From an uncultured Acidobacteriota bacterium (lineage in GTDB: Bacteria > Acidobacteriota > Terriglobia > Acidiferrales > UBA7541), in NCBI GenBank assembly GCA_963796495.1, contig CAWCLU010000001.1, forward strand, positions 1,470,631 through 1,534,630: 64,000 nucleotides of DNA, read 5' to 3'. Made by a program: the position numbers and the translations under genes. Each line of letters opens with the position of its first letter. Within the stretch, counting starts at the first letter, position 1. Below are positions 18,613 through 28,937 of the stretch, in pieces. Under the pieces are notes generated by a model, which ran no database searches, was not told the DNA's origin, and was given only the letters and a program-made list of their open reading frames with translations.

Positions 18613-18747
18613 AAGCACCCCTTCAGTAGTCCTCGGCGAATGACGCCATACCCTTTCTTCCTCGCTTCACGTTCACACCAACAGCAATGCGGTATTGTTT
18701 CGGTGGCAATCGCGGCCTAAACTGGCGCGCGGATTCGGAGGTCAAAG

Positions 18748-18773
18748 TCGCCGGCGAGACGCCGGCGCTACAG
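18748..18773 (+). repeat. REP family E hairpin (GCCGGCGrGACGyCGGCGyTACAG)
   Basis: TCGCCGGCGAGACGCCGGCGCTACAG. Confidence 0.7.
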
Positions 18774-18833
18774 TGGATTGGACAGTGGCATACGGCCAGG
18801 AAATCGCGGACCGTGTATCGAAGCTGACAAAAC

Positions 18834-20534
18834 GTGCGCACCATGAACGCTACGCGACAAGTCGATAACGGCGAAGGCTCCTGGAAAGGCGGATTCTGGA
18901 GCTTGATTGGGGTGCAGTTTCAGGGGGCGTTCAGCGACAACCTGCTGAAGTGGCTGGTCACGTTCCTCGTGCTGGAGATGAGCATCAGCGCGGCCGAGCG
19001 CGACCGGTTGGTGGTGCTGCTGATTCCGCTGCTGTTTTCAGTTCCCTTCCTTCTTTTTTCGATGGCCGGAGGGTATCTGGCCGACCGGTACAGCAAGCGC
19101 CACGTGACGATTGCGACGAAGCAGTTCGAGATCGGCGTCGCGCTCGTCGCGCTCACCGGACTGACGCTCAACAATCTGGGAATTGAATGCACGGCAGTTT
19201 TTCTGCTCAGCGTGCAGGCGGCGCTCTTCGGGCCCTCGAAGTACGGGCTTTTGCCGGAAGTGTTGCCGGAGAAGCGGCTGTCGTGGGGCAACGGCATTCT
19301 GGAACTGGGAACGTTCATCGCGATCATCACGGGAACGATGGCGGCGGGCGTGCTGGCGGACCGGTTTCGCGGACGCGAATATTGGCCGGGGATGCTTCTG
19401 GTGGCGCTTGGAATCATGGGCCTCGCGATCAGCGCGGGGATTACCCGCGTGCCGGCGGCTGACCCCGCTCGGCGATTCGAGTGGAACCCGGCGGCTGACC
19501 TCTGGGACCAGATCGGGCGGATACGGCGGGACCGGCTGTTGCTGCTCGCCGTCGTGGGTAACGTATTTTTCTGGTTTCTTGGCGCGCTGGTGCTGATCAA
19601 TACGGCGCTCTACGCCAACGATGTGCTGCGGATTTCCGAAACGAAGACGAGCCTGCTGCTGGCGGCGATTTCGATCGGGATCGGGGTGGGCAGCTTCGCC
19701 GCGGGCTATCTTTCGGCCGGCAAGGTGGAATATGGACTCGTGCCAATAGGAGCGGTCGGCATCGCGCTGATGCTGGTGCTGCTTGCGCGGACCGGGCTCA
19801 CCTTCGCGGACGTGGCGTGGGACCTGGGCTGGGTGGGATTCTTCGGGGGATTTTTCGCCGTGCCGCTGAACGCGATGATTCAGCACCGGCCGCATCCGGA
19901 GGAGAAGGGCGGAATCATTGCGGCGGCGAATCTGCTGTCGTTCGTGGGAATCGCGCTGCAGCCGGTGGCGCAGTACCTGCTGATTTTCTTCGGGCATCCT
20001 AGCCCGCCGCGCGTCTTTTTCCTGACCGGGCTGCTTACGCTCGTGGCGACGGCTGTGGCGTTGATGCTGCAGCCGGATTCGCTGTTGCGGCTGGCATTAT
20101 GGGCGGCGACGCGCACGGCGTGGCCGCTGCGCGTCGAAGGCCGCGCGAACCTGCCGGCGCGGGGCCCGGCGATGGTCGTCTTTCCCAGCATGCGATTGAG
20201 CGAGGCAATGTGGCTGGTGGCGGCGACCGATCGCACGCTCCGTTTTCTGCTGCCGCCAAGTTCGGCGCGTACATTCGGGAAATGGCTTGGCGGGATCGCT
20301 TACGATGCCAGTCCGGAGGGGATGCGGCAGGCGGGGCGCGCGGCAGCCGAGGCGCTCGCGCGCGGCGAGGTGGTATGTCTGCCGGAAGAGGCGCGCGCGA
20401 TTGCGGTGTCGGCTGACGGGACGAAGGCGCCGGTGATTCCCGTGACGATTGCGTTTGCCGGGCCGTTCGCGCGAAGCGTGGTGCGGTTTGGGCCGGCCGT
20501 GGCTGTTGCTTCCGATTCTTCGCGGGAAAGCTGA
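18834..20534 (+). CDS. MFS transporter (LplT-like) fused to a degenerate PlsC-type acyltransferase-like domain
   Basis: 566 aa. The N-terminal ~420 aa are a 12-TM MFS (GGYLADRYSKR, LFGPSKYGLLPE). The C-terminal ~140 aa align to lysophospholipid acyltransferases, but the HX4D block reads FPSMRLSEA. Confidence 0.75.
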   Translation: MRTMNATRQVDNGEGSWKGGFWSLIGVQFQGAFSDNLLKWLVTFLVLEMSISAAERDRLVVLLIPLLFSVPFLLFSMAGGYLADRYSKRHVTIATKQFEIGVALVALTGLTLNNLGIECTAVFLLSVQAALFGPSKYGLLPEVLPEKRLSWGNGILELGTFIAIITGTMAAGVLADRFRGREYWPGMLLVALGIMGLAISAGITRVPAADPARRFEWNPAADLWDQIGRIRRDRLLLLAVVGNVFFWFLGALVLINTALYANDVLRISETKTSLLLAAISIGIGVGSFAAGYLSAGKVEYGLVPIGAVGIALMLVLLARTGLTFADVAWDLGWVGFFGGFFAVPLNAMIQHRPHPEEKGGIIAAANLLSFVGIALQPVAQYLLIFFGHPSPPRVFFLTGLLTLVATAVALMLQPDSLLRLALWAATRTAWPLRVEGRANLPARGPAMVVFPSMRLSEAMWLVAATDRTLRFLLPPSSARTFGKWLGGIAYDASPEGMRQAGRAAAEALARGEVVCLPEEARAIAVSADGTKAPVIPVTIAFAGPFARSVVRFGPAVAVASDSSRES

Positions 20535-20589
20535 GCGGGGAAATTCTCACCGAAAATAAAACGCAGGGCGATTGCGGGGCCAGCGAAAA

Positions 20590-20621
20590 GCCCACGGTCA
20601 GGAAGGCACTGACCGTGGCTA
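20590..20621 (+). repeat. REP family C palindrome
   Basis: GCCCACGGTCAGGAAGGCACTGACCGTGGCTA. One mismatch to 14851..14882. Confidence 0.75.
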
Positions 20622-20742
20622 TCCAACCTGAGAACCGTGGGTCCTGAGATGTTCCTCCCTTCCCGCGGTCACGCCGGGGTGCACTCTTGCGGCGGGATTC
20701 GGGATACCATGGCGTCAACCCCCTTGGGGCCGGAGGACAACC

Positions 20743-22372
20743 ATGAGACGAACCTTTCGCGCATTCGCAGCGTGTGCCCTGCTCGCCCTGCTGGCGGGGC
20801 CCGTGCGGGCGCAGCAAAAAGCGCCGAGCGCTCCCGCCGCCGCGGCGGTGACTCTGAAGGGTCAAACGCTGTTCAAGCTGCATGCCGGAGTGGGAAGCAT
20901 CACGCCCGCCGAGCGAGCCGACGTGATCAACGACCGACTGGCGAAGCTGACGAGCACGCCACTGCACGGAACGACGCCGAGCATCCAGAAGACCGACGTC
21001 GGGTGGGTAATCTCGGTCAGCGGGAAGCCGATTCTTTCGGTGACCGAGGGGGACGCGAGAGCCGAGAAGATGGACGGTGAGGCGCTGGCGAAGCGTTGGG
21101 CGGCCATCCTTGGCATAGCTCTGACGCAGAGCCGGGGAGCGTCGGTGCGCGATCTGCTCTGGCGGCTGGCGGCAACGTTCATCGTGCTTGCGTGCGGCCT
21201 GGGCCTGCTCCTGGGATTTCGTTGGGGGCGCAAGCGGCTGGAGGCATGGCTAGAGCAGCGGCGGGAACGTCTGCCGGCAATAAAGGTGCGTGAATTGGAG
21301 TTGGTTTCGAACCAGAAGGTATTCGCCGGGATACGGACGGCGCTGCGGTTCGCGACGCTGTTCCTGATGCTGGTGGTGGTGGTCGCGGCGGCGCTGCTGG
21401 TTTTCGAACAGTTTCCGGCGACGCAGGGATACGCCGAGGCGGTGCTGCTGTGGACCTGGCGTCCGCTGCGCAACATCCTCATCGGGATTCTGAACTATCT
21501 GCCGGACCTGTTTTACATCCTGGTGATCGTGGCGGTGACGCGGGTGGTGCTGCGCGTGGTGTCGTTCATCATGCTGCAGGCCGAGCGCGGGGTGATCAGC
21601 CTGGCGCCGTGGATTCATCGCGACGTGGCCCGGCCGACCGGAACGCTGATCAAGGCGATCATCGTGATCCTTTCGCTCTTTTTCATCGCCCCGCTGATTC
21701 CGGGCACGGGGAGCCGGGCGGCGCAGGCGATCACCCTGATCCTCGGCCTGATGGTCTCCTTCGGTTCGACCTCGACGGTGGGAAACGTGATCGCGGGGAT
21801 TGTGCTGACCTACATGCGGCCGTTCCGGCTGGGCGAACGGGTGAACGTCGGTGGGGTCACCGGGGACGTTGTGGAGAAGACGTTCCTCTACACGAAAGTG
21901 CGCACGATCAAAAACGAGGAGGTGATCGTGCCCGAGCCTGCAGGCGATCGGCGCCGCGATCACCAATTACAGCGCGCTCGCTCCGCGGCAGGGGCTGATC
22001 CTTCACACGACGGTGACGATCGGCTACGACGCGCCGTGGCGCAAGGTGCACGAACTGCTGCTCGAGGCCGCGGCGAAAACCGAGGACGTGGAGAAGGATC
22101 CGGCACCATTCGTCTGGCAGACGGCGCTCAACGACTTCTTCGTGAGCTACCAGTTGAACGTGTACACGCACCGGGCCGACCGGATGATGGGCACCTACGC
22201 CCATTTGCACCAGAACATCCAGGAGGCCTTCAATGCCGGCGGCGTGGAGATTCTCTCGCCGCACTACTTCCAGTTGCGCGACGGCAACGCCACGTCCATT
22301 CCCGATCCGCATGCGCAGCCGGCGCCGCGGCGCTTCCTGGTGGACGCGCGCGTGACCACAGAGACGCCGTAG
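20743..22372 (+). pseudogene. mechanosensitive ion channel (MscS family), +1 frameshift near 21931..21940
   Basis: N-part 20743..~21935 has a signal peptide, TM helices and the MscS core GSTSTVGNVIAGIVLTYMRPFRLGERVNVGGVTGDVVEKTFLYTKVRTIKNEEVIVP. The C-terminal continuation ..AITNYSALAPRQGLILHTTVTIGYDAPWRKVHELL.. is in the next frame (ORF 22013..22372). Confidence 0.8.
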
Positions 22373-22462
22373 GGAGGTGCTTTCGCCGTGCAACTGCCGG
22401 GCATGCCGGGCGACTGACTGGTGCCGGCGTACAAGGCATGAGATTCGAACAGGGGCGAAAAA

Positions 22463-22486
22463 CGCCGGCGGGACGTCGGCGTTACA
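22463..22486 (+). repeat. REP family E hairpin
   Basis: CGCCGGCGGGACGTCGGCGTTACAG. Confidence 0.65.
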
Positions 22487-22585
22487 GGTGTCCGCATGGG
22501 GACAACAGGTTGTTTCTAGTCCTTGGCACGGACAAGTTTCGCCCGGATCTTTCACGAACGGCATCTGCGGCGCTTGCGCGAGCTT

Positions 22586-22613
22586 CTTGTAGCGCCGGCG
22601 TCTCGCCGGCGGG
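22586..22613 (-). repeat. REP family E hairpin
   Basis: The reverse complement reads CCCGCCGGCGAGACGCCGGCGCTACAAG. It forms an inverted pair with 22463..22486. Confidence 0.7.
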
Positions 22614-22710
22614 TTTGACGTGGGGCCGTCGCACCAGGCCGCGGCCATGACCGGCTGCGCTACGAACACCGGAGCGCACTCACGGCCGCGTACTCCTCGA
22701 GTACTTCAGA

Positions 22711-23784
22711 TCAGAAGATCGTCATTTTCACGTGCAGATATTTTTTGGGGTGGCTGCGGAAATCGCCGATCAGCAGGCGCAGATCGCCGGAGAGGCCGGT
22801 GAGATTATTGTAGAGATCGGGATCGGTGAAGAATTTTCCGAAGGTGCCCTGACCGTGGCTCATGTCCCCGGTGAGATCGCGGAGATTCGCCGACGTCTGG
22901 GTGAGGTTGTTGTAGAGGGCGGGGTTGGTGGCGAGCTGGCCCAGGCTGCCCTTGCCGGCTTCGACGTTCGAGAGCAGCGTGTTGCCCTTGGTGAGGAACG
23001 CGTTGGCGTTGTTGTAGAGCGCAGGGTTGTAGATCATCTTGCCGAGCGATCCCTTCTGGGCCTGCAGGTCGTCGAGAACCGCATCGATGCGGCCGACGGC
23101 GGAATTGAGGCGGTTGTAGAGGACGTCGGAGGTGACGAGCTTGCCGGCGGTGCCGCGGCCGCTCTGAATCTGCGCCATGATGTCGTTGGCGCGGGCGATG
23201 GTGCTGTTGAGCTGATTGGAGAGCTTATCGCTGAAGAGCATTTCGCCGAGCGTGCCCTTGCCGGAGTGGATCTGATCGGTGATCGAGCGGAGATTGATGG
23301 CGAGTCCGTTCAGGTTGTTCATCAGCACGGCGCTATTCGAGACGACCGTCTGAATGGTGGAGGCGGGAACGCCCTGGATGACGCCACGGGGCGGGATGAC
23401 CGGAGCGGGCGGGGTGCCGCGGGTGATGGTGACGTAGCGGCTGCCGAGCGCGCCCTGGGTGACGAGGGTCGCGGTGGAATTGCCCCGAATCCAGTCCTGA
23501 TATTGCTTGAAGATGTTCATGTTGACTTCGATGTTTTGGTCGGGTGTTTTCGCGTCCGGATTGATCCGCAGAGACGCAACGTTGCCGACATGGACGCCGC
23601 CCATGCTGACCGGCGCGCCGTCGACGACGCCCTCGGCCTCGGGCAGGTAGGTCTTCAAGGGGTACTTGGCCTGCCAGGCGCCCTGTCCGGTGACGTAGAA
23701 GATGCCGACGATCAGCAACGCCACGGTCACGAGCACGAACAGCGCGACGCGAAGCTCGGTGTAGGTCAATTGTCTGCGTGCCAT
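22711..23784 (-). CDS. mlaD: MlaD/MCE-domain protein with long C-terminal repeat region
   Basis: ORF 22711..24048. Start at ATG 23784 (MARRQLTYTELRVALFVL..) is preceded by GGAGAGGGG. MCE domain, then about 7 repeats of the G-x-G-[ST]-x-G-x-[LMF] ... LYNNL type. Confidence 0.85.
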   Translation of the reverse strand: MARRQLTYTELRVALFVLVTVALLIVGIFYVTGQGAWQAKYPLKTYLPEAEGVVDGAPVSMGGVHVGNVASLRINPDAKTPDQNIEVNMNIFKQYQDWIRGNSTATLVTQGALGSRYVTITRGTPPAPVIPPRGVIQGVPASTIQTVVSNSAVLMNNLNGLAINLRSITDQIHSGKGTLGEMLFSDKLSNQLNSTIARANDIMAQIQSGRGTAGKLVTSDVLYNRLNSAVGRIDAVLDDLQAQKGSLGKMIYNPALYNNANAFLTKGNTLLSNVEAGKGSLGQLATNPALYNNLTQTSANLRDLTGDMSHGQGTFGKFFTDPDLYNNLTGLSGDLRLLIGDFRSHPKKYLHVKMTIF

Positions 23785-23863
23785 ATTCCCCTCTCCTCGT
23801 TGCCGAAATGCCCGGTGCGGCTCCGGCGGCGGACGCTCGCGGGTTTCGACCGCCCGGACGACC

Positions 23864-24679
23864 TCATTCGAGAAACCTTGCCAGATAGGAGTCCTGCGTA
23901 TCACGAATTTGATGCTGATCGCCCTCGAAATAGATGCGGCCTTCGCGCAGGACGAAGAACCCGGTTTTCGGTCCGCCGCGGGCGCCGTCCTCGGCCGCAC
24001 GGACCACGCGGCACTCTTTCGGATCGAAGCGGAAATTGGCCAGGGCAAAAGCGTCCTGGAGGCGATGGGTGGCGAGCAGGGCGGTAACGCCTTGCAGGTC
24101 GCGCAGGCGAAGGATCAGCGTGATGATCCTCTGCGAGGTGACCGGGTCGAGCCCGGCGGTTGGCGAGTCGTAGAGCACGATGGGCGGGCGGCTGACCAGG
24201 GCGCGGGCGATCGAGACGCGGCGGCGCATGCCGCCGGAAAGCTCGCCGGGAAGTTTCGCGATGGCATCGGCCATTTCGACGAACTCGAGCGATTCGCGGA
24301 CGCGCGCGGCGATCTCGTCCTCGGGAACGTCCTCTTCCCGCAGCCGGAATGCGACGTTTTCCTCGACCGTGAGCGAGTCGAAGAGCGCGCCCTCCTGGAA
24401 GACGAAGCCGATCTGGCGCCGGAAATCGAGCAGGTCGCGCTCGCTCATCGCGCTTAGGTCGCGTCCGAGCACCTCGACGCGCCCGGCGTCGGGCTGGATG
24501 AGCCCAGCGGCCAGTTTGAGGATCAGCGTCTTGCCCGTCCCGGTTTCACCGAGCAGAACCGCCGTCTCGCGCGGCGCGACGGCGAAACTGACGCCTCGGA
24601 GCACGTCGCCTTCCTCGAAGCCGAGCCGGACGTTTTCGAAGACGATGGCGGGCCGGGCGGTGTCAGCAGTGCTGGTCAT
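23864..24679 (-). CDS. mlaF: ABC transporter ATP-binding protein (MlaF-like)
   Basis: 271 aa. Walker A GETGTGKT, signature LSGGMRRRVSIARAL, Walker B IVLYDSPTAGLD. Confidence 0.88.
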   Translation of the reverse strand: MTSTADTARPAIVFENVRLGFEEGDVLRGVSFAVAPRETAVLLGETGTGKTLILKLAAGLIQPDAGRVEVLGRDLSAMSERDLLDFRRQIGFVFQEGALFDSLTVEENVAFRLREEDVPEDEIAARVRESLEFVEMADAIAKLPGELSGGMRRRVSIARALVSRPPIVLYDSPTAGLDPVTSQRIITLILRLRDLQGVTALLATHRLQDAFALANFRFDPKECRVVRAAEDGARGGPKTGFFVLREGRIYFEGDQHQIRDTQDSYLARFLE

Positions 24680-24830
24680 TTACGCTCGTGGGCGCACAAC
24701 TGAGAATTATAAGGTGAAACACGCGGCCCGCCTACGACAAGGCTTCCGCCTCGGCCGAAGCTACGGCGGACGAGTCCGGCTCGACTGTTGCTGCGGCGGG
24801 CAGGGCCGCTCGTTGCATCGGCCGGGCGCG

Positions 24831-25661
24831 TCAGGGAAAGAGCCACAGGAGCAGTTTGTCGAGAAAGAAGCCCGAGACGAGGATCGAGACCGAAGCGATG
24901 ACGACGGCGCTGGTGGTTGCGCGGCCGACGCCCTGCGTGCCGCCCCGCACCTTTAATCCCTTGAAGCACCCGACGGTCGCAATGATGAATCCGAAGACGA
25001 GCGGTTTCGACAGCCCCTGGATCAGGTCATTCGTGCCGGGGGCGTTGATCGCATGATTCCAGAATTCGGGGCCGCTCAATCCGAGCGTGGTGTGCGCGAC
25101 GATGAATGCGCCGATCAGGCCAACGAAATCGGCGACACCGGTGAGCAGCGGGAGGACGATGATCGTCGCCAGCATCCGCGGGGTAACCAGTTTCCTGCCC
25201 GGGTCGGTGCCCATCGCCCGCATGGCATCCACCTGTTCGGTGACCACCATGGAGCCGAGCTCCGAGGCGATGCCCGAGGAGCTGCGGCCGGCGACGAGCA
25301 GCGCGGTAATGGTCGGGCCGAGTTCGCGGATCAGGGCGAGCGAGACGGCGTCACCGGTGAGCGCGGTGGTGCCGAAGCGGGCGAATTGCGTGGCGGTCTG
25401 CAGAACGAGAATGGCGCCGATGAAAAAACCGGTCAGGACGACGATCGGGAGCGACCCGACACCGATGATGTCCATCTGATCGAGAAGATCGCGGAAATAG
25501 AAGGGCGGAGAGAAGACGTCGACGAGGGCTTTCCAGGAGAGGACGGAATAGTCCTGCACGGCGAGCAGGCGGAGCTTGATCGCGTCGTTCACGACCGCCA
25601 TGAGCGGACGCGGCTCGGGCTCGGTCTGCTGGCCGGTACGGTTTGGTGTCAGCGTGGCCAT
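24831..25661 (-). CDS. mlaE: ABC transporter permease (MlaE family)
   Basis: ORF 24831..25763. Start at ATG 25661. Multi-TM protein with segments typical of MlaE permeases (RELGPTITALLVAGRSSSGIASELGSM, VDAMRAMG). Confidence 0.85.
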   Translation of the reverse strand: MATLTPNRTGQQTEPEPRPLMAVVNDAIKLRLLAVQDYSVLSWKALVDVFSPPFYFRDLLDQMDIIGVGSLPIVVLTGFFIGAILVLQTATQFARFGTTALTGDAVSLALIRELGPTITALLVAGRSSSGIASELGSMVVTEQVDAMRAMGTDPGRKLVTPRMLATIIVLPLLTGVADFVGLIGAFIVAHTTLGLSGPEFWNHAINAPGTNDLIQGLSKPLVFGFIIATVGCFKGLKVRGGTQGVGRATTSAVVIASVSILVSGFFLDKLLLWLFP

Positions 25662-25886
25662 GGAGCGTGTTTGAGCGTGCCTTTCCCCTTCCGGGCAAGC
25701 GTATGCCGCGCGCCATTTGCCGTCAAGGAAGGCGGCGCGGCACGGGATCCGCCCGAGGCGCAAACCACGACGGCAGGATGGGTGGGAGCGGGCCGTGGGA
25801 GCCCGCGCGGAGGGACTTTCGCAACGCGAAATTTCGTCCTATACTCCGCGCGGCGGAACTGGCCGCGAGGGCGGCGCACAAACAGG

Positions 25887-28719
25887 ATGAGTTTCAGTCG
25901 GCGGGAATTTCTGAAGACGGCAGCGGGAGCGACGATCCTGACCGGCGTGGGATGCTGGGCCACGGTTCGCTTGCCGGGCATTCTCGATGACGGGCGTCCT
26001 GTTTCGACGACAGTGCCGACGCTGTTCCCCGCCCCGCACATCATCCGCTACGATTCCCGCTGCTTCACCATCCACGACCGCGACGAATTTCTTTTCAGCG
26101 CCTGTTTCCATTACACGCGCTGCCCCGAGCCGCTCTGGCGCGACCGCCTCGAAAAGCTCCGCCGCGCCGGATTCAACGCGATTGAAAGCTACGTCTTCTG
26201 GAACTATCACGAGCCCGTGGAGGGCCAGGCGGATCTCGGCGAGTTCGAGCGGTTCATCAAGCTCGTCGGCGAAATGGGATTCCGGATGATCGCGCGGCCG
26301 GGGCCGTACGTCTGCTCCGAATGGGACGCGGGCGGATTTCCGCATTGGGTAATCGCGAAGCGGTTTCCGCTGCGTTCGGGTGATCCCGAGAGCATCCGAA
26401 CTTCGCGGCACTGGTTCGATCTGGTGCTGCCGGTGATCGCTCGGCATCAGATCACGCGCGGCGGGCCGATCGTGCTGATGCAGATCGAAAACGAATACGA
26501 TTACTGGAAGCTCGACGAACCCTCGAAGGTCGCCTACGTCACCGCGCTCGCCGAAATGGCCTGGAGCGCGGGCATCGACGTTCCGCTGCTGACTTGCTGG
26601 ACGCATCAGGTGCGCGAGCACCCGAATCCGGCCCTCGGCCACGTTTTCGACTGCTGCAATTTCTATCCGCGCTGGAACATCTTGAAAGTAGTTCCGCCGG
26701 CGCTCGCGCAGCTTCGCCAGGCGCAGCCGAATGCTCCCCAGGCCGTCACCGAGCTGCAGGGCGGCTAGTACAGCGAGGTGGGCGGGAAGCTCTCGGCGGA
26801 CCAGGAGGGTCTTGGACCGCCGCAGATCAACATGCTTTCGAAAACGGTGATCGAGCAGGGTGTCACCTTTTTCAGCTATTACATGGGCTTCGGCGGGACG
26901 AACTTCGACTGGGCGGGCAAGGGGCTCACCACCACCTACGATTACGACGCGCCGCTGCACGAGCCCGGCGGCATGGGCGACAAATACTACGTCGCGCGCG
27001 GCATCGGCGAATCGCTGCGGCTGCTGGGCGGCGCGCTCACCCGCGCCGAAGAGGCCGAAACCCAGCCGGAATCGACGAATCCCGCCGTGAGCGCGAGGCT
27101 GCGGCTGAACCGGGCACAGGGACGGGCGAGCGGCGCGATCTTCCTGCGCGAAAACGAGAATGCCGACCAGAACGTTCCGGTTGCGGCTGCCCGATCCGGC
27201 CGAACCGGCCAACCGGGCCGATCGGGCGCGGCGGCTGCTGGTGCCGCGGCGCGGCACGCTGATGCTCGGCGCGCGCGAGATGAAGATGTGCCCGGTCGGG
27301 TTGGCACTCGATGGCGGCGAACTGCGCTATTCGACGGCGGAAGTGCTGGCGCAGGGAGAAGCGGGACGCGCGTGGGTCATCCTCTACGAGCAGCCGGGAC
27401 GGCCGGTGGAGATCGCGCTCGCGGCCGAGCGACTGCCGCGCATCGTGGGCGAAACAGCGTATCGCGATTGGGAGCCGGAGTCTCGCGCCGCAGTGATCGG
27501 GCTGCGCACGGACGAAGACCCTCGCATGGTGCTGGTCGACGACCGCCTGCAAGTGATTCTGCTCCAGCGCGAGAATGCATTGCGCAGTTGGGTCGGGAAG
27601 TTTCCGCGGGCGACCGTGGCCGGAGAAACGAGCGCGGCCGCGGATGTCTCGATTCCCTTCCTCACCGATGCGGCGCTGCTCGGGGAGACCGGGCACAGCG
27701 CGAGCGGAATCTGGGCGGATATGGAGTTTCTGCCAGGCGAGCATACCGTCACCACTCTGCTGCCGCGGCGACCCGCAAGTTGCCGGATCAATGGCGAGGC
27801 TGCGGAGGTTTCCTACGATTCGATGTGGCAGACGGCTCGCGTCGGCCTGACGGCGCCGGCGCTGCCGGTCCAGCCGGTGGAAATCCGGTCGGTCGAAACC
27901 TGGGTGGAACGGTTCGATCCGGTGCTCGGAGATTGGCTGCTGAGCCCGCTGAAACCACTCGAGGAACTGGGCCAGATTCCCTACGGCTACGTGAAATACC
28001 GGCACGAATTCAATGCGAGCGGCGAAGGAACGGTCTCGATCGCCTCTTTTGCCGACGACGGCAAGAAAGTGTTTTTAAATGGCAAGCCGGTTCCCGAAGC
28101 GTCGACGCCCACGACACACACCGTTTTCCCGCTGACCGCGGCGGCAAAACCGGGGATCCATACGCTCGAAATCGTCTACGAACTGTTTGGGAGCCCGAAT
28201 TTCGGGCCGAAGATCGCCGAGCTGAAAGGAATCGAATCGGCGACGCTGATGAGCGATAACGGCCAGGTGCCGCTCGATGGACCGTGGCATATTCAGCGAG
28301 TGCCAGCCGCGATGCGCGGACGCGAAGTCGATCCCGATTTTCATTCCGGCCCGTGGACGCACGCGCCGCTTGCCGAACGCGGCCTTGCGGCGGCTCCCGT
28401 GGCCGCGTTCACCTGGTGCCGAGCGGAATTCTCGCTCGCGAAGACGCCCGGGAACTGGCAGGTCCCCTGGCGAGCGGAATTTCGCGCCGATTGCGACGCG
28501 TTGATCTACCTCAATGGCAAATTCGTGGGACGTTATGCGACAGTCGGGCCGCAAACGCATTTCTTTCTCCCCGACTCGTATCTGCGCTTCGGCGGGCAGC
28601 CGAACGTACTCACGGTTGTTCTGGCGTACGCGCAGGATGCGCGGCCAATTCGCGAATTGCGAATCGCGCCGTATTGGGAGTTCGCCACCTATCGCGCGAG
28701 GGTCGGATTCGAGTGGTAG
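25887..28719 (+). pseudogene. glycoside hydrolase family 35 beta-galactosidase, disrupted by an in-frame TAG (26766..26768) and a +1 frameshift (~27155..27175)
   Basis: Twin-arginine-like signal MSFSRREFLKTAAGA. GH35 core FNAIESYVFWNYHEP, GPYVCSEWDAGGFP, MQIENEY. ...VTELQGG-TAG-YSEVGGKLS continues in the same frame (ORF 26778..). The C-terminal beta-sandwich domains lie in the next frame (ORF 27160..28719). Confidence 0.8.
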
Positions 28720-28770
28720 AGGCGAAGTTTTCGAAGCAGCGTGCCTGTGAGGGCGGGCCGAACTGCTTCA

Positions 28771-28823
28771 GGGGCTAAAGCCCCTCTGTGCTGCGGATTA
28801 TATGTCGCGGCTGAAGCCGCGAC
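28771..28823 (+). repeat. REP family F (two-hairpin unit)
   Basis: GGGGCTAAAGCCCCTCTGTGCTGCGGATTATATGTCGCGGCTGAAGCCGCGAC. Related copy at 48568..48621. Confidence 0.7.
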
Positions 28824-28937
28824 GCACAAGGCTGAACGGGAGTAGCGACCCGTGAGGTCTCGACACGGGGCATTTCAGCGGTTTTTCCGCCGGCTGCGGG
28901 GTCGGGGCGGCGGGGTGGGCGGGGTAAGACATATTCC

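Noticed and set aside
26766-26768. In-frame TAG in the GH35 gene as possible pyrrolysine or programmed readthrough
   Set aside because: It replaces a conserved Trp (a one-step TGG->TAG change). No pyl genes or PYLIS-like context were seen, and the same gene also carries a frameshift. A nonsense mutation is the simpler reading.
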